Shown one piece after another: positions 1-9,209 of a stretch of DNA of 64,000 bases (positions are counted from its first letter, which is position 1; the number at the start of each line of letters is the position of its first letter). The DNA is taken from contig CAWBAN010000004.1 in assembly GCA_963786935.1 (NCBI GenBank), positions 307,780-371,779 of the forward strand. Reading direction: 5' to 3'. Position numbers and translations under genes: made by a program. The DNA comes from an uncultured bacterium. GTDB taxonomy: Bacteria; Krumholzibacteriota; Krumholzibacteriia; Krumholzibacteriales; Krumholzibacteriaceae. Below the pieces are notes generated by a model that ran no database searches, was not told the DNA's origin, and saw only the letters and a program-made list of their open reading frames with translations.

Positions 1-237
1 ACCATGGCGATGTACGGAGACTCCTACAGCCAGCTGCCGACCGCGACCGATCCGGAGACGGAAGTCGTGGAGAACGAGGGATTCACCGTTTTCGGCGCCA
101 CGTTCTTCCAGCCCTTCATGACGCGATGGGAAGCGTATCTCACCGTGAGCAATCTGTCCGACGAAGACTACGAACCCGAAAGCGGATATCCGGCGCAGGG
201 AAGAATCTTCTGGCTGGGCGTCTCCTACAAATACTAG
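1..237 (+). CDS. TonB-dependent receptor, C-terminal end (5' truncated by window)
   Basis: VSNLSDEDYEPESGYPAQGRIFWLGVSYKY matches the NLxDxxY...GR...aromatic C-terminus of TBDR barrels. Confidence 0.8.
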   Translation, partial: TMAMYGDSYSQLPTATDPETEVVENEGFTVFGATFFQPFMTRWEAYLTVSNLSDEDYEPESGYPAQGRIFWLGVSYKY

Positions 238-300
238 AAAAGCCTCGAGCGGAAAAGTGTCGGAAAGAGCGGAATCGCCCATTTCGGAATATGGGCGAAC

Positions 301-310
301 GTGCTATAAT
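301..310 (+). promoter_or_regulatory. Extended -10 element (TGcTATAAT) upstream of vWA lipoprotein
   Basis: gtgctataat about 70 nt upstream of GGAGG RBS and ATG 383. Confidence 0.5.
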
Positions 311-382
311 TATGACCTCTTATAACAATGTTGGGACCCCGGCGCAGAGCCGGCAAGGCTCCAACGGAGGGGGAATTCCGCC

Positions 383-2083
383 ATGAATAAATCACTATTC
401 GTTCTTCTGCTTGCCGCGGTGGCTCTCGCCCTGGTCGGATGCTCCGACGATCACGGCGTCAATCCGCAGCCCAAAACCGATGGGACGTACGGAAAGCTGG
501 GCGTGTCCTCCGCGACAATCGGTCCCAGCGAAATCGTTCTCTGCATGGATGTGTCGGACAGCATATCCGCCGGCGAGCTGGAAGCCATGGTCAACGGCCT
601 CGGCGGGTGCCTGTCGGATCAGTCGCTGATCCCGACGGACGGCACGGTTTCGTTCGCCCTCGTTGTATACGGGGACACGATCGCCACGGTGTTGGACCGG
701 ACGACGGTCACGCCCGACAATCTCACGAACGTCATTCTGCCTGCGCTGCAGGGGCTCCTCGCCGATCGCGTGGTCGCCGGAGGGGGATTCGATCTCTCGG
801 GAGCTCTCGACGAGGCTCTCGCGATCCTCGGCGCGGCGTCGGTTCTCGACAAGCACGTCCTCATCGTGGGGAGTGGCGCCGCCGACGATCCCGCCGCGGT
901 CGAGACCTCGTGCGCGGCTCTCGCGAACGCGGGCGTGATGGTGTCCGCTCTCGCCGTGGGCGCCACCGATGCGGGCGCGGCGCTCCTGAACGGCTGCGCG
1001 GTTGCAACGGGCGGCTTCTTCGGCACGGGAGTGGCCTGCGGAGACGCCCTGGCGTACATGCTTCAGGTGGATATCGATCTCGAGCCGGAGAGCGCGGAGC
1101 TCTCCCGCGGTCAAGAGCATACCGTTACGGCGACCGTTTTCCGCGGCGCCGTTCCCGGCGTATATCCGGAAGCGGGCCTCGACGTCATCATCGAGATCGT
1201 GGCGGGGCCCAACGCGCCGGCCGCCGACACGATGGCGACCGACACCGCGGGCGTCGCCGCGTTCACGTATACGGGTGACGGCGGTCCGGGTATCGACGTA
1301 ATCGTGGCCACGGTGCTGCACCCGGGCACGGGCCTGGCGCTCGCCGACACCGTCACCGCGACCTGGCTCAACGCGCCGCCCGTGTGCGACGCCGGCGGCC
1401 CGTACGAGGCGGTTGTGACCGGTGACACGGTTCGCGTGACGCTCGATGCGAGCGCCTCCTCCGACGCCGACGGCGATCCGCTCAGCTTCCTCTGGACGGC
1501 GCTCTGCGAAGGAGCCTCGTTCGACGACGTACATGCCGTGTCCCCCGTCCTGACGCTCACGGGGGATTGCCTGTGCGCCGATTCGGTCATCGCGCTGGTG
1601 ATGGTGAGCGACGGCATCGATACGACGATGTGCGAAGCCGCGGTCCGGATCGACGATCGCCGCCCGCCGATCATCGTGATGCGCGAGGAGCCGCTTGGTC
1701 AGTGGCCGCCGAACCACAAGTATCACACGGTGACGCCCCAGATGTTGGTCGTGTCGGTCACGGACGCATGCGGTCATCCGATCGACATGGCGTCGGGGCT
1801 GGTCGTGGAGGTCCGGAGCGACGAACCGGATGACGCCAATGGCGACGGGAAGACGATCAACGATATCCGGGTGACGTGCCCGAACGGCGTCGATCTCCGC
1901 TCGGAGCGGATGGGGGGCGGGAACGGCCGCGTCTACACGATCGTGTACCGGTATTTCACCGAGAACGGCGTGAGCGCCGACGCGGAGGGTTATGTCGTCG
2001 TGCCGCACGACGCGTCCGACAAGACCGCCGTCGACGACGGCGCGCTGTATACGATAACTCCGGCGTGCGGGGGAAGCCGGTGA
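383..2083 (+). CDS. Lipoprotein with vWA domain, Ig-like (Big/PKD) domains and a C-terminal WPPNHK domain
   Basis: Lipobox LVGC; MIDAS-like DVSDS; NAPPVCDAGGPY...LDASASSDADGD PKD/REJ-like motif; WPPNHKY...LRSER..G.GRVY domain. Confidence 0.8.
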   Translation: MNKSLFVLLLAAVALALVGCSDDHGVNPQPKTDGTYGKLGVSSATIGPSEIVLCMDVSDSISAGELEAMVNGLGGCLSDQSLIPTDGTVSFALVVYGDTIATVLDRTTVTPDNLTNVILPALQGLLADRVVAGGGFDLSGALDEALAILGAASVLDKHVLIVGSGAADDPAAVETSCAALANAGVMVSALAVGATDAGAALLNGCAVATGGFFGTGVACGDALAYMLQVDIDLEPESAELSRGQEHTVTATVFRGAVPGVYPEAGLDVIIEIVAGPNAPAADTMATDTAGVAAFTYTGDGGPGIDVIVATVLHPGTGLALADTVTATWLNAPPVCDAGGPYEAVVTGDTVRVTLDASASSDADGDPLSFLWTALCEGASFDDVHAVSPVLTLTGDCLCADSVIALVMVSDGIDTTMCEAAVRIDDRRPPIIVMREEPLGQWPPNHKYHTVTPQMLVVSVTDACGHPIDMASGLVVEVRSDEPDDANGDGKTINDIRVTCPNGVDLRSERMGGGNGRVYTIVYRYFTENGVSADAEGYVVVPHDASDKTAVDDGALYTITPACGGSR

Positions 2084-2157
2084 GCGCGGCGCATCGGTTG
2101 GACTGAACCGGAATTCGATTGAACCGAAGAGTGCCGGATGCCATGTCCGGCGGCGTT

Positions 2158-2192
2158 AAAAGGGGGCGACGGGTGAACCGCCGCCCCCTTTT
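2158..2192. terminator. Bidirectional intrinsic terminator between convergent genes
   Basis: AAAAGGGGGCG...CGCCCCCTTTT hairpin with flanking A and T tracts. Confidence 0.75.
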
Positions 2193-2203
2193 CGTATCGC
2201 GGG

Positions 2204-3994
2204 CTACCTCGCCGTCTTGAACTTCCAGGCGGCGGACCAGGCGCTCGTGCCGTACACATTGGTCGCGGCGACGCGCCAGTAATACAACGTGTTCCTGTTG
2301 AGCCCCACGATCATCCACGTTTGCTGGAGGTTCTTCTCGTTGACCACCAGCGTCTTGAACGTGGATGCGGTGGACACCTGAAGCTTCCACGATGTCGCGT
2401 TCCCCGAAGCGCTCCAGATCAGACCGGGCGTCGGCGACACGTTCGTGGCGCCGTTCGCGGGGGAGGCGAGCAGCGGCACCGGCGGCGGCACCGCCGGCTC
2501 GGTGGTGAAGCTCCGGACCGCCGACCACGCGCTCGTGCCGGCGGAGCTCGTCGCGTTCACGCGCCAGTAGTACGTCGTGTTTCCCACGAGACCGGAGGCG
2601 GTCGCCGACGTTGTGGTGAGACCGGCCTGGTCGTATCTGATCGTCGTGAACGCGGAGCTCGTGGCGATCTGCACGCGATAGGTTTCCGCGCCGGAAGATA
2701 CGTTCCACCCGACGGGAGCCGCGACCGGCACGCCCGTGCCGTTGTTCGCCGGGTAGCTCAGCGTGGGCGTCGCCGGGAAGCTCGGGGGCATCGTGCCGAA
2801 GACGACATAGAGGAGCCTGTTCGGCGTATCGGCCGGCACGTAGCTCACGACGTCCGGCGTCGCCTGATTGACGATCGCCGCGTGCACCGTCGCCGGCGCC
2901 GCCGTCGGATTCGCCTGGAGATACAGCGCGACGGCCCCCGCGACATGGGGAGATGCCATCGAGGTGCCCGACATGAGGGCCGTTCCGTAGTCCGATGTCG
3001 GGAACGCCGACATGATGTCGACACCCGGCGCCTCGAGATCCACGACGCTCCCGTAGTTCGAGAAATAGGCGAACTCGTCGACGTTGCTGGTGGCCCCGAT
3101 GGTGAGCGCCTCGGTGACGGCGGCGGGGGAGACGTTCACCGCTTCGTCGGTCTCGTTCCCGGCCGCGACGCAGTACGTCACGCCGGCCGCGATGGAATTT
3201 CTGACCGCCTGATCGACCGCCATGTCCCGGGGGCCGCCGAGGGACATGTTGGCGACCGCGGGATCGATGTGGTTGGCGGTGACCCAGTCGACGCCGGCGA
3301 GGATCTGGAAGTAGGTGCCGTCGCCGTTGTTGTCGAGCACGCGGACGGCGTACAGATTGACGCCCTTGGCGACGCCGTAGGTCGTGCCGCCGATGGTCCC
3401 CGCCACGTGCGTCCCGTGGCCGTGGCCGTCGTTGCCCGTGCCCCCCTCGTCGATCGCGTCGAAACCGAAGAGAGCCCGGCCGCCGAATTCGTTGTGGGTC
3501 AGGCGAATGCCGGTGTCGATGACGTACACGTTCACGCCGGCGCCCGTATAGGAGTAGGTGTACGAGCCGCTCAGCGGGAGCGCCCGCTGATCGACGCGAT
3601 CCAGCCCCCACGTGACGGGGGATTGCGTCGCGTCGACGTGCACGATCTGATTCTGCTCGATGTACGCCACCCGCGAATCGTAGCGCAGCGCTTCGACCAT
3701 GGCCGGATTCAGCTTGCCGGCGAATCCCTTGATGGCGTGCCTATAGGTGAAGTCGGTCTTGAATCCGTGCTTCCTGCTCAGCTCGCCGACGCTCGCGGGA
3801 ACGTCCGGCACGTTATCCTTGAATACGACGATGTACTCCCCGGCGACGTAGTCCGCCTTCGGGGTGCTGTTGAAGAGGGGCGCCTGTACGTTCAAGCTCT
3901 GTCCCGGCGGCGCCACCGGTTCCTGCGAACATCCCATGAACACGGCGGCGAGCGCCAGGGCGATGATGATCGGCCAACGAAGAGAGCGATTCAC
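2204..3994 (-). CDS. S8 subtilisin-like (aqualysin/proteinase K type) lipoprotein protease with I9 prodomain and two FN3-like domains
   Basis: VIDTG, HGTHVAG and GTSMASPH triad; lipobox FMGC; GTG 3994 follows AAGGAGG; two YYWRV FN3-type repeats. Confidence 0.93.
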   Translation of the reverse strand: MNRSLRWPIIIALALAAVFMGCSQEPVAPPGQSLNVQAPLFNSTPKADYVAGEYIVVFKDNVPDVPASVGELSRKHGFKTDFTYRHAIKGFAGKLNPAMVEALRYDSRVAYIEQNQIVHVDATQSPVTWGLDRVDQRALPLSGSYTYSYTGAGVNVYVIDTGIRLTHNEFGGRALFGFDAIDEGGTGNDGHGHGTHVAGTIGGTTYGVAKGVNLYAVRVLDNNGDGTYFQILAGVDWVTANHIDPAVANMSLGGPRDMAVDQAVRNSIAAGVTYCVAAGNETDEAVNVSPAAVTEALTIGATSNVDEFAYFSNYGSVVDLEAPGVDIMSAFPTSDYGTALMSGTSMASPHVAGAVALYLQANPTAAPATVHAAIVNQATPDVVSYVPADTPNRLLYVVFGTMPPSFPATPTLSYPANNGTGVPVAAPVGWNVSSGAETYRVQIATSSAFTTIRYDQAGLTTTSATASGLVGNTTYYWRVNATSSAGTSAWSAVRSFTTEPAVPPPVPLLASPANGATNVSPTPGLIWSASGNATSWKLQVSTASTFKTLVVNEKNLQQTWMIVGLNRNTLYYWRVAATNVYGTSAWSAAWKFKTAR

Positions 3995-4161
3995 GTCGAC
4001 CTCCTTGCGCGAGTGTTCCTGATGGCTCTGCGCCTCGAGACGGCGCAGATAACGATGGCGGATGTCCCCTTGCTGGAAGGTGCGCACCTCCTTTGCGGAT
4101 GTCTCGGCGAGAGGAAATTAAGAAAGAGCGGCGCGGGGCCGTTCGGTGTAATCCGGCAGCC

Positions 4162-4188
4162 GCGACCCGACCTGAAGGGTCGGGTCGC
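4162..4188. repeat. Perfect 11-bp palindromic hairpin (REP-like or terminator)
   Basis: GCGACCCGACC-TGAAG-GGTCGGGTCGC. Confidence 0.6.
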
Positions 4189-4250
4189 ATTATGCCACAA
4201 TACTCATGACTGCATCGCCGGCATGTTTATCGCGCGGCAACCGGGCGTTC

Positions 4251-5018
4251 TCAGCGCCCGAACGGAATCGCGACTCCCGCCTGGATGCCGATCCCGCTGT
4301 TGTAGCTGTCGTGCCCCGTCGTCGTGTTGTCGATCGTCGTGAAGCCGCGGCCCCAGCGCGCGTCGAGCAGCAGATCGACCTTGCCGAGCGCATACGAGAG
4401 CGAGAACCCGAGGACCCCGCCGATCTGGATATCCTCGATTATCGTGTCGGCGTCCCGAGTCTCGTCGACGGCTACTATCTCATGCGTCGTATCGGGCTCA
4501 TCGAATTTTGCCTCGCCCTTCAGCTGCACCTCGGCCGATGCGCAGTACGCGAACGTGGGGCCGAAGAAGGCGTGAAGCCGGAGACGGCCTTGCTCGTCGG
4601 CTTTGAAAGAGAATACCGCCAGCACGGGCATCTCGACGTAGTCGAGGTTCAGCAGCAGGGTGCCGTCGAACTCGGCCAGCTGCGGGTTCTGGTTCGGCCG
4701 CTCCATGATCGCGGTTCCGGAGACAGGGCCTTCTCCGCCCTGTTGCACGTACTGGACTTCGGCCTGGACCCCGAAGAAATCGCTGAAATTAACCTTCAAA
4801 TACGCACCGCCGACGAACCCGAGACGGTCATCGCCGACCGAGCCGGCGAGATCGCCGTTATCCCCGGCGACAAAGGCGCTGACCGGATCTCCAATCAGTT
4901 TCGCCGAGTTCATGCCCAGCTTGAGCCCTGTCTCCCAGGTGACGCCGTATGCAGCGCCGCACGCGAGCGCGATAACGAGCAGGCCGGCGGCGGCCACTTT
5001 GACGGGGTGCAGTTTCAT
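4251..5018 (-). CDS. Outer-membrane beta-barrel (PorT/porin-family) protein
   Basis: Signal peptide; GLKLGMN, QAEVQYVQQG and LDYVEMPVL motifs; near-terminal Phe; ATG 5018 after AGGAGG. Confidence 0.8.
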   Translation of the reverse strand: MKLHPVKVAAAGLLVIALACGAAYGVTWETGLKLGMNSAKLIGDPVSAFVAGDNGDLAGSVGDDRLGFVGGAYLKVNFSDFFGVQAEVQYVQQGGEGPVSGTAIMERPNQNPQLAEFDGTLLLNLDYVEMPVLAVFSFKADEQGRLRLHAFFGPTFAYCASAEVQLKGEAKFDEPDTTHEIVAVDETRDADTIIEDIQIGGVLGFSLSYALGKVDLLLDARWGRGFTTIDNTTTGHDSYNSGIGIQAGVAIPFGR

Positions 5019-5168
5019 GCGAATTCCCTCCTTGTTCCTTCCGTGAATCGACAACTCCGGAGATCCGTATAAGCGCACGCTATTATGAGGCTTCGCCCGT
5101 CGATCCTCAAGGGCTTTTTCTGTCTCCGCGGGCCGGGATCGCCTGAGGCGATGACCGCCGCCCGGCCG

Positions 5169-5942
5169 TCATCGGCTCCCGAGCGGAAAGGCGAATCCCG
5201 CCATGAGGTCGACGCCGCTGGTGAAGCTGCTGCGTTCGTTCACCGTGTTGTCGATCGTGGTGAGGCCGCGGCCCCATCGCGCATCGAGCAGCATTTCCAT
5301 GCCGGCGTACGCGTACGATATGGAAATGCCGATAAGGGCGCCGACCTCGAAATCCTCGACCCACGGCCCGGCGTCCTTGGCCTCGTCGACGAGGAAGCTC
5401 TGCTCGTCGAGCGGCAGTGTCGGATTATAGGCTTGCCCCTCGAGCCGCATCTCGGCAGCCGCGTTATAGGAAAACGTGGGGCCGACGAGCCCGCGCAGCG
5501 ACAACCGTCCGCTCTCCGTGGGCTTGAGCGTGAATACCGCCAGGACGGGCATCTCGACGCAGTCGAGCACGAGCGTCAGGGTGCCGTCGAACGTGGACTC
5601 CAGCGGCACTTGGTTCGGCGGAGTGACGACCGCGGTCCCCTCTGCGGGGCCTTCTCCGCCCTTCTGCTTGTAGAGTATCTCGGCCTGGATCCCGAAGAAG
5701 CGATTGAAGTCGGCCCGCGCATATCCGCCGCCCATGAATCCGATCCTGGAGTCGTCGATCGCGCCCGCAAGCTGCGCGTCGCCCTCGCCGAGCCAGGCGG
5801 AAACCGGATCCCCCGCCAGCATCGAATTGGTAATGCCCGCCTTCAGCCCCGCCTCCCACGTGATTCCGTATGCAACGCCGCTTCCGAGCGCAGCGAGAAC
5901 CGCCGTCGTGAGAACGGTCAGCTTGATGGAATGCAGATTCAT
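5169..5942 (-). CDS. Outer-membrane beta-barrel (PorT/porin-family) protein, tandem paralog of 4251-5018
   Basis: GLKAGIT, QAEILYKQKG, LDCVEMPVL and LDARWGRG, collinear with the neighbour; ATG 5942 after AGGAGG. Confidence 0.8.
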   Translation of the reverse strand: MNLHSIKLTVLTTAVLAALGSGVAYGITWEAGLKAGITNSMLAGDPVSAWLGEGDAQLAGAIDDSRIGFMGGGYARADFNRFFGIQAEILYKQKGGEGPAEGTAVVTPPNQVPLESTFDGTLTLVLDCVEMPVLAVFTLKPTESGRLSLRGLVGPTFSYNAAAEMRLEGQAYNPTLPLDEQSFLVDEAKDAGPWVEDFEVGALIGISISYAYAGMEMLLDARWGRGLTTIDNTVNERSSFTSGVDLMAGFAFPLGSR

Positions 5943-6119
5943 CGGAGGCCCCTCCTTGGTCTTGTGTGGTGATCGATAGATCCGCGCGCGCAGCCGCGAT
6001 TGTACTTCATTCTCCGGCGATATACAAGTCGAGCATCGACCCAACGGCCCGGCCGCATCTTGCAGCATAAAATCCAACCCGAAGACCCATAGACTCCCTG
6101 ACGGCGTGAGCGGCCGGTT

Positions 6120-6335
6120 GCCCCCTCGCCATCCGTTTCGAGGAACAGCAGCGCGTCGGGGCGCAGCTCGATGACGCTGTCGGACCAGTGGTAGAGGGGA
6201 ATCGTGAGCCCGCCCCCGCAGGCGAGCGACAGGTCGTGATCGTACTGCACCCACTCGTAGATATCGAGTTTCGGGAACAGCAAGAGTTCGGCGCGCCAGT
6301 CGGCGTCGACCAGTCTTCCGTTTCCCGACCTCGAC
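6120..6335 (-). pseudogene. Possible gene remnant (DADWRAELLLFPKLDIYEWVQYDHDLSLACGGGLTIPLYHW...)
   Basis: Coding-like GC3-rich codons over about 70 codons, with no RBS/start and an in-frame stop just upstream. Confidence 0.3.
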
Positions 6336-6476
6336 CATCATCGGCCAAGCCGGATCTTGACACGGAATGGAATTTCCCATAGAAACAGAATCACGGCGCC
6401 TTCGACACAGGGGACGGGAAAAAGAGTTCCTCATCTGCGACCGCAGCAACACCGTGAAGAATATCTTCCCGAAAAA

Positions 6477-6506
6477 GTGTAACCCGTCCCCTCAAGCGCC
6501 GTCTCA
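6477..6506 (+). promoter_or_regulatory. ECF-type promoter GTGTAAC-N16-CGTCTCA (putative autoregulatory)
   Basis: AAC/CGT ECF consensus; identical boxes and spacing recur at 9116-9145. Confidence 0.75.
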
Positions 6507-6544
6507 TCGAATGGAACCGATCCGCCCGGGAGGGCCCCGAGAGA

Positions 6545-7144
6545 ATGATTGACCAGGACGAACAGATAGTCCGTGCGGTCCAGGCGGGCCGGACCGAGGC
6601 GTTCGCCGGGCTCGTAAGCCGCCACAAGGACAGGGTGTACGCGATCCTGCTCCGTCTCGTCCGGGATCCGGACACGGCCGAAGAGCTCGCGCAGGAGGCC
6701 TTTGTCCGCGCGTGGCGCGGGATCGACGGTTTCCGGGGGCGGGCGCTCTTTGCGACCTGGCTTGTCCAGATCGCGATCCATCTGGCCCGCGACCGGATGC
6801 GCGAGCGTCGTCGGAGCCGGACGGTGTCGCTCGACGAGCTTCTCGAGAAAAGCGCCGACGACTCGGCGCTCGTGGACACGAGGTCGCGACACGATCCGTC
6901 GTCGGAGGTGAGCGACAACGACATGATGAAACGTCTCGAGGCGGCGCTCGGCGATCTCCCGCCCGCCTATCGCGAAGTCTTCGTGCTTCACCATATCGAA
7001 GACGTACCGTATGAGGAGATCGCATCGCTGACGGGAGACTCGGTGGGGTCTCTGAAAGTGAGGGCGCACCGCGCGCGAAAACTTCTCAGAGAGGCGATCT
7101 CTCCCGACGCGGAATTCGTCGCGCCGGAGGACAAGGCGGATTGA
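6545..7144 (+). CDS. RNA polymerase sigma-70 factor, ECF subfamily
   Basis: Region 2 AEELAQEAFVRAW...FATWLVQIA; region 4 LPPAYREVFVL...YEEIA...KVRAHRAR. Confidence 0.95.
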   Translation: MIDQDEQIVRAVQAGRTEAFAGLVSRHKDRVYAILLRLVRDPDTAEELAQEAFVRAWRGIDGFRGRALFATWLVQIAIHLARDRMRERRRSRTVSLDELLEKSADDSALVDTRSRHDPSSEVSDNDMMKRLEAALGDLPPAYREVFVLHHIEDVPYEEIASLTGDSVGSLKVRAHRARKLLREAISPDAEFVAPEDKAD

Positions 7145-7171
7145 GCCAAACGAAAAGAAGGTGAGACTGCC

Positions 7172-7846
7172 ATGGACGCCCTTTTTGCACGCTATTTCGA
7201 CGGAGAACTGAACGATCGCGAGGCGCGGGAGTTTCTCGAAGCGATCGCGGCGGATCCACGTCTTGAAAAAGAGCTCCGCGATTTCGAGCGTGTGCTCGCG
7301 CTCGGCAAGGCGCTTCCCGTGCCGAAAGCCCCGGCGGGGTTTGCGGAGCGAGTCATGGCGCGGATTTCTCTCGAGGAAAAGAGGGAGACCGGGCCCGAAA
7401 GAAAACCGTTCCGGCTTCCCGTAATCGGGATCCGCTGGACGGGTGTCGCGGTCGCCGCGGCGGCGATCGCGCTCGCCTACATCGGCGGCATGTATACCGC
7501 GCGCAACCGTCCCGTCACGCCGGCGACAACTTTGGGAACCGGCCCCGGCTTCGTCAACCAGGCCGCCGCGGAATCCGGACTGCGGTATGTCCGTCTCGCA
7601 TACGTCCCCAGCAATCCGTCGGTTGAAAAGGTGACCGTTGTGGGGAGTTTCAACAACTGGGACCCGGAAGCGACCCCGCTGCAGCGCCAGGATGGCGTGT
7701 GGAGCACGATTCTCGTTCTCGCGCCGGGGAACTACGAGTACATGTTCTTCGAAAACAGCGCTCGCTGGGTGATCGATCCGCTCGCCGCGCAGACAAGGGA
7801 CGACGGCTTTGGAGGCTCGAATGCAGTCCTCGAAGTGGGGACGTAA
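7172..7846 (+). CDS. Anti-sigma factor with one TM helix and C-terminal CBM48/AMPK1-type glycogen-binding domain
   Basis: N-terminal YFDGEL anti-sigma motif (no Zn-binding Cys); TM segment; VVGSFNNW...GVW...GNYEYMF...WVIDP...DDGFGGSN. Confidence 0.85.
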   Translation: MDALFARYFDGELNDREAREFLEAIAADPRLEKELRDFERVLALGKALPVPKAPAGFAERVMARISLEEKRETGPERKPFRLPVIGIRWTGVAVAAAAIALAYIGGMYTARNRPVTPATTLGTGPGFVNQAAAESGLRYVRLAYVPSNPSVEKVTVVGSFNNWDPEATPLQRQDGVWSTILVLAPGNYEYMFFENSARWVIDPLAAQTRDDGFGGSNAVLEVGT

Positions 7847-9107
7847 TTCGTTCGCCTGCCTCGTCGCCGCGATCGTGATGATCATGGCATCGCGTTCGGC
7901 GGCCCAATGGCGGGTGATCCCCGAGGTCCGCCTGTCGGGAGGCGAGGAGTCCGATCTCGTGATCGACCCGAGCGTCAACCGCGTGGTCGTTCCCGGGGGC
8001 GCGTTCGCGGAGCTCTCGCCACGGCTCGCCGCGAGAGGCTGGATCGGAAGGGACGCGATTCTCGATCTCGGAACGTTTGCGTCGTTTCAACAATTCTTCA
8101 ACGACGAATCGCGTCTTCTGTACGCGCAGACGATCTGGGGCGATCTCTACCAGAACTTCGGCCGATCGTTTCGCGGCCGCCTCTCGACGGCGTTCGACTA
8201 TTTCAACGATTCGGAGCAAGCCGAAGTCCGCCGTTTCGGGTATGGCGCGGAGGCGGGGTTCGGTTTCGTTCGTCCGCGGTGGAACGTGGAGCTCTGGGGC
8301 GCCGCCTACGGCCGGAGCTATCCGAATCTCGCCGTGAAGAACATACACGAACAGTCGTCGACATACACGGAAACCACCTGGAGCGGCGCGGGGACCGTTC
8401 GCGTCGCGCCCGCGGGACGCGTCAGCGTGAGAACGGACGCGATCTATCAAGCGACCGACGCGCTCGATGCATACTACGACTCCGAGTCGCTGACGGCGTC
8501 CGGGAGTATCGACGCGCGCGTGGCCTCTTCGCTCTTTATAACGTTTTCCGGAACATATCAGAAAAGGGAGTTCATCGACCGCGCGGCTCTCGAGGACGAG
8601 GACGAATATCTCCAGGCGGGCGTGGGGATGCGCTACACGGTGGCGCCGGGATGGATGATACTCGCGCGCGCGGCGTTTTCGAATTACACGTGGCCCGACG
8701 GGAGCGATGAGGACTCGCACCGTTTTTCCGTTGGCGTGAACTACGCGTGGGGCAGGCGCGATGCGCCGCCGCCGCCGCGTGTCGACATCGATATGATCGT
8801 CCGCGAAAGCCGGGGCGCGATCCAGACACCCGACGCGCGCGGGAGCGTGGTGCTCCGGATCAAGGCGCCGGACGCCGCGAGCGTATCCGTCGTCGGAACG
8901 TTCAACGGGTGGGAGAGCGGCGCGACTCCGCTTGCGAAAGCGGCTGACGGATGGTGGGAAGCGCGCGTGACGCTCGGGCCGGGGACCTACGAGTACGCCT
9001 ATATGGTTGACGGAGCGTACCTGACGCCGCCGGAATCCCTTGTCACGCTGGAAGACGGCTTCGGAAGGTTCAATGGCATCCTGGAAGTGATGCCGCTCGA
9101 AAAATAG
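7821..9107 (+). CDS. Predicted outer-membrane beta-barrel with C-terminal CBM48/AMPK1-type domain
   Basis: Signal peptide; amphipathic aromatic beta-strands ending VGVNYAWG; Pro linker; VVGTFNGW...GWW...GTYEYAY...EDGFGRFN; ATG 7821 after GGAGG, overlapping the upstream gene. Confidence 0.75.
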   Translation: MQSSKWGRNSFACLVAAIVMIMASRSAAQWRVIPEVRLSGGEESDLVIDPSVNRVVVPGGAFAELSPRLAARGWIGRDAILDLGTFASFQQFFNDESRLLYAQTIWGDLYQNFGRSFRGRLSTAFDYFNDSEQAEVRRFGYGAEAGFGFVRPRWNVELWGAAYGRSYPNLAVKNIHEQSSTYTETTWSGAGTVRVAPAGRVSVRTDAIYQATDALDAYYDSESLTASGSIDARVASSLFITFSGTYQKREFIDRAALEDEDEYLQAGVGMRYTVAPGWMILARAAFSNYTWPDGSDEDSHRFSVGVNYAWGRRDAPPPPRVDIDMIVRESRGAIQTPDARGSVVLRIKAPDAASVSVVGTFNGWESGATPLAKAADGWWEARVTLGPGTYEYAYMVDGAYLTPPESLVTLEDGFGRFNGILEVMPLEK

Positions 9108-9115
9108 CCGCGCGG

Positions 9116-9145
9116 GTGTAACGCGCGAGGGATTCAGTCGTCTCA
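9116..9145 (+). promoter_or_regulatory. Second ECF-type promoter GTGTAAC-N16-CGTCTCA
   Basis: Both 7-nt boxes and the 16-nt spacer length match 6477-6506. Confidence 0.75.
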
Positions 9146-9209
9146 ATAGATGCGACGGAGGAAAGACTCTCTGGAACCCGTCGGGAGATCAGGATAGGAG
9201 GCACGCCGT

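Noticed and set aside
4021..4140. Known riboswitch (e.g. c-di-GMP) upstream of the S8 protease
   Set aside because: I could not match a consensus by eye; kept only as an unassigned structured leader
5943..6452. Long N-terminal extensions in the ORF track (5169-6452, 22628-24001, 55095-57872, 37463-38701)
   Set aside because: Downstream starts with RBS and/or signal peptide fit better, and the extensions overlap other genes or promoters
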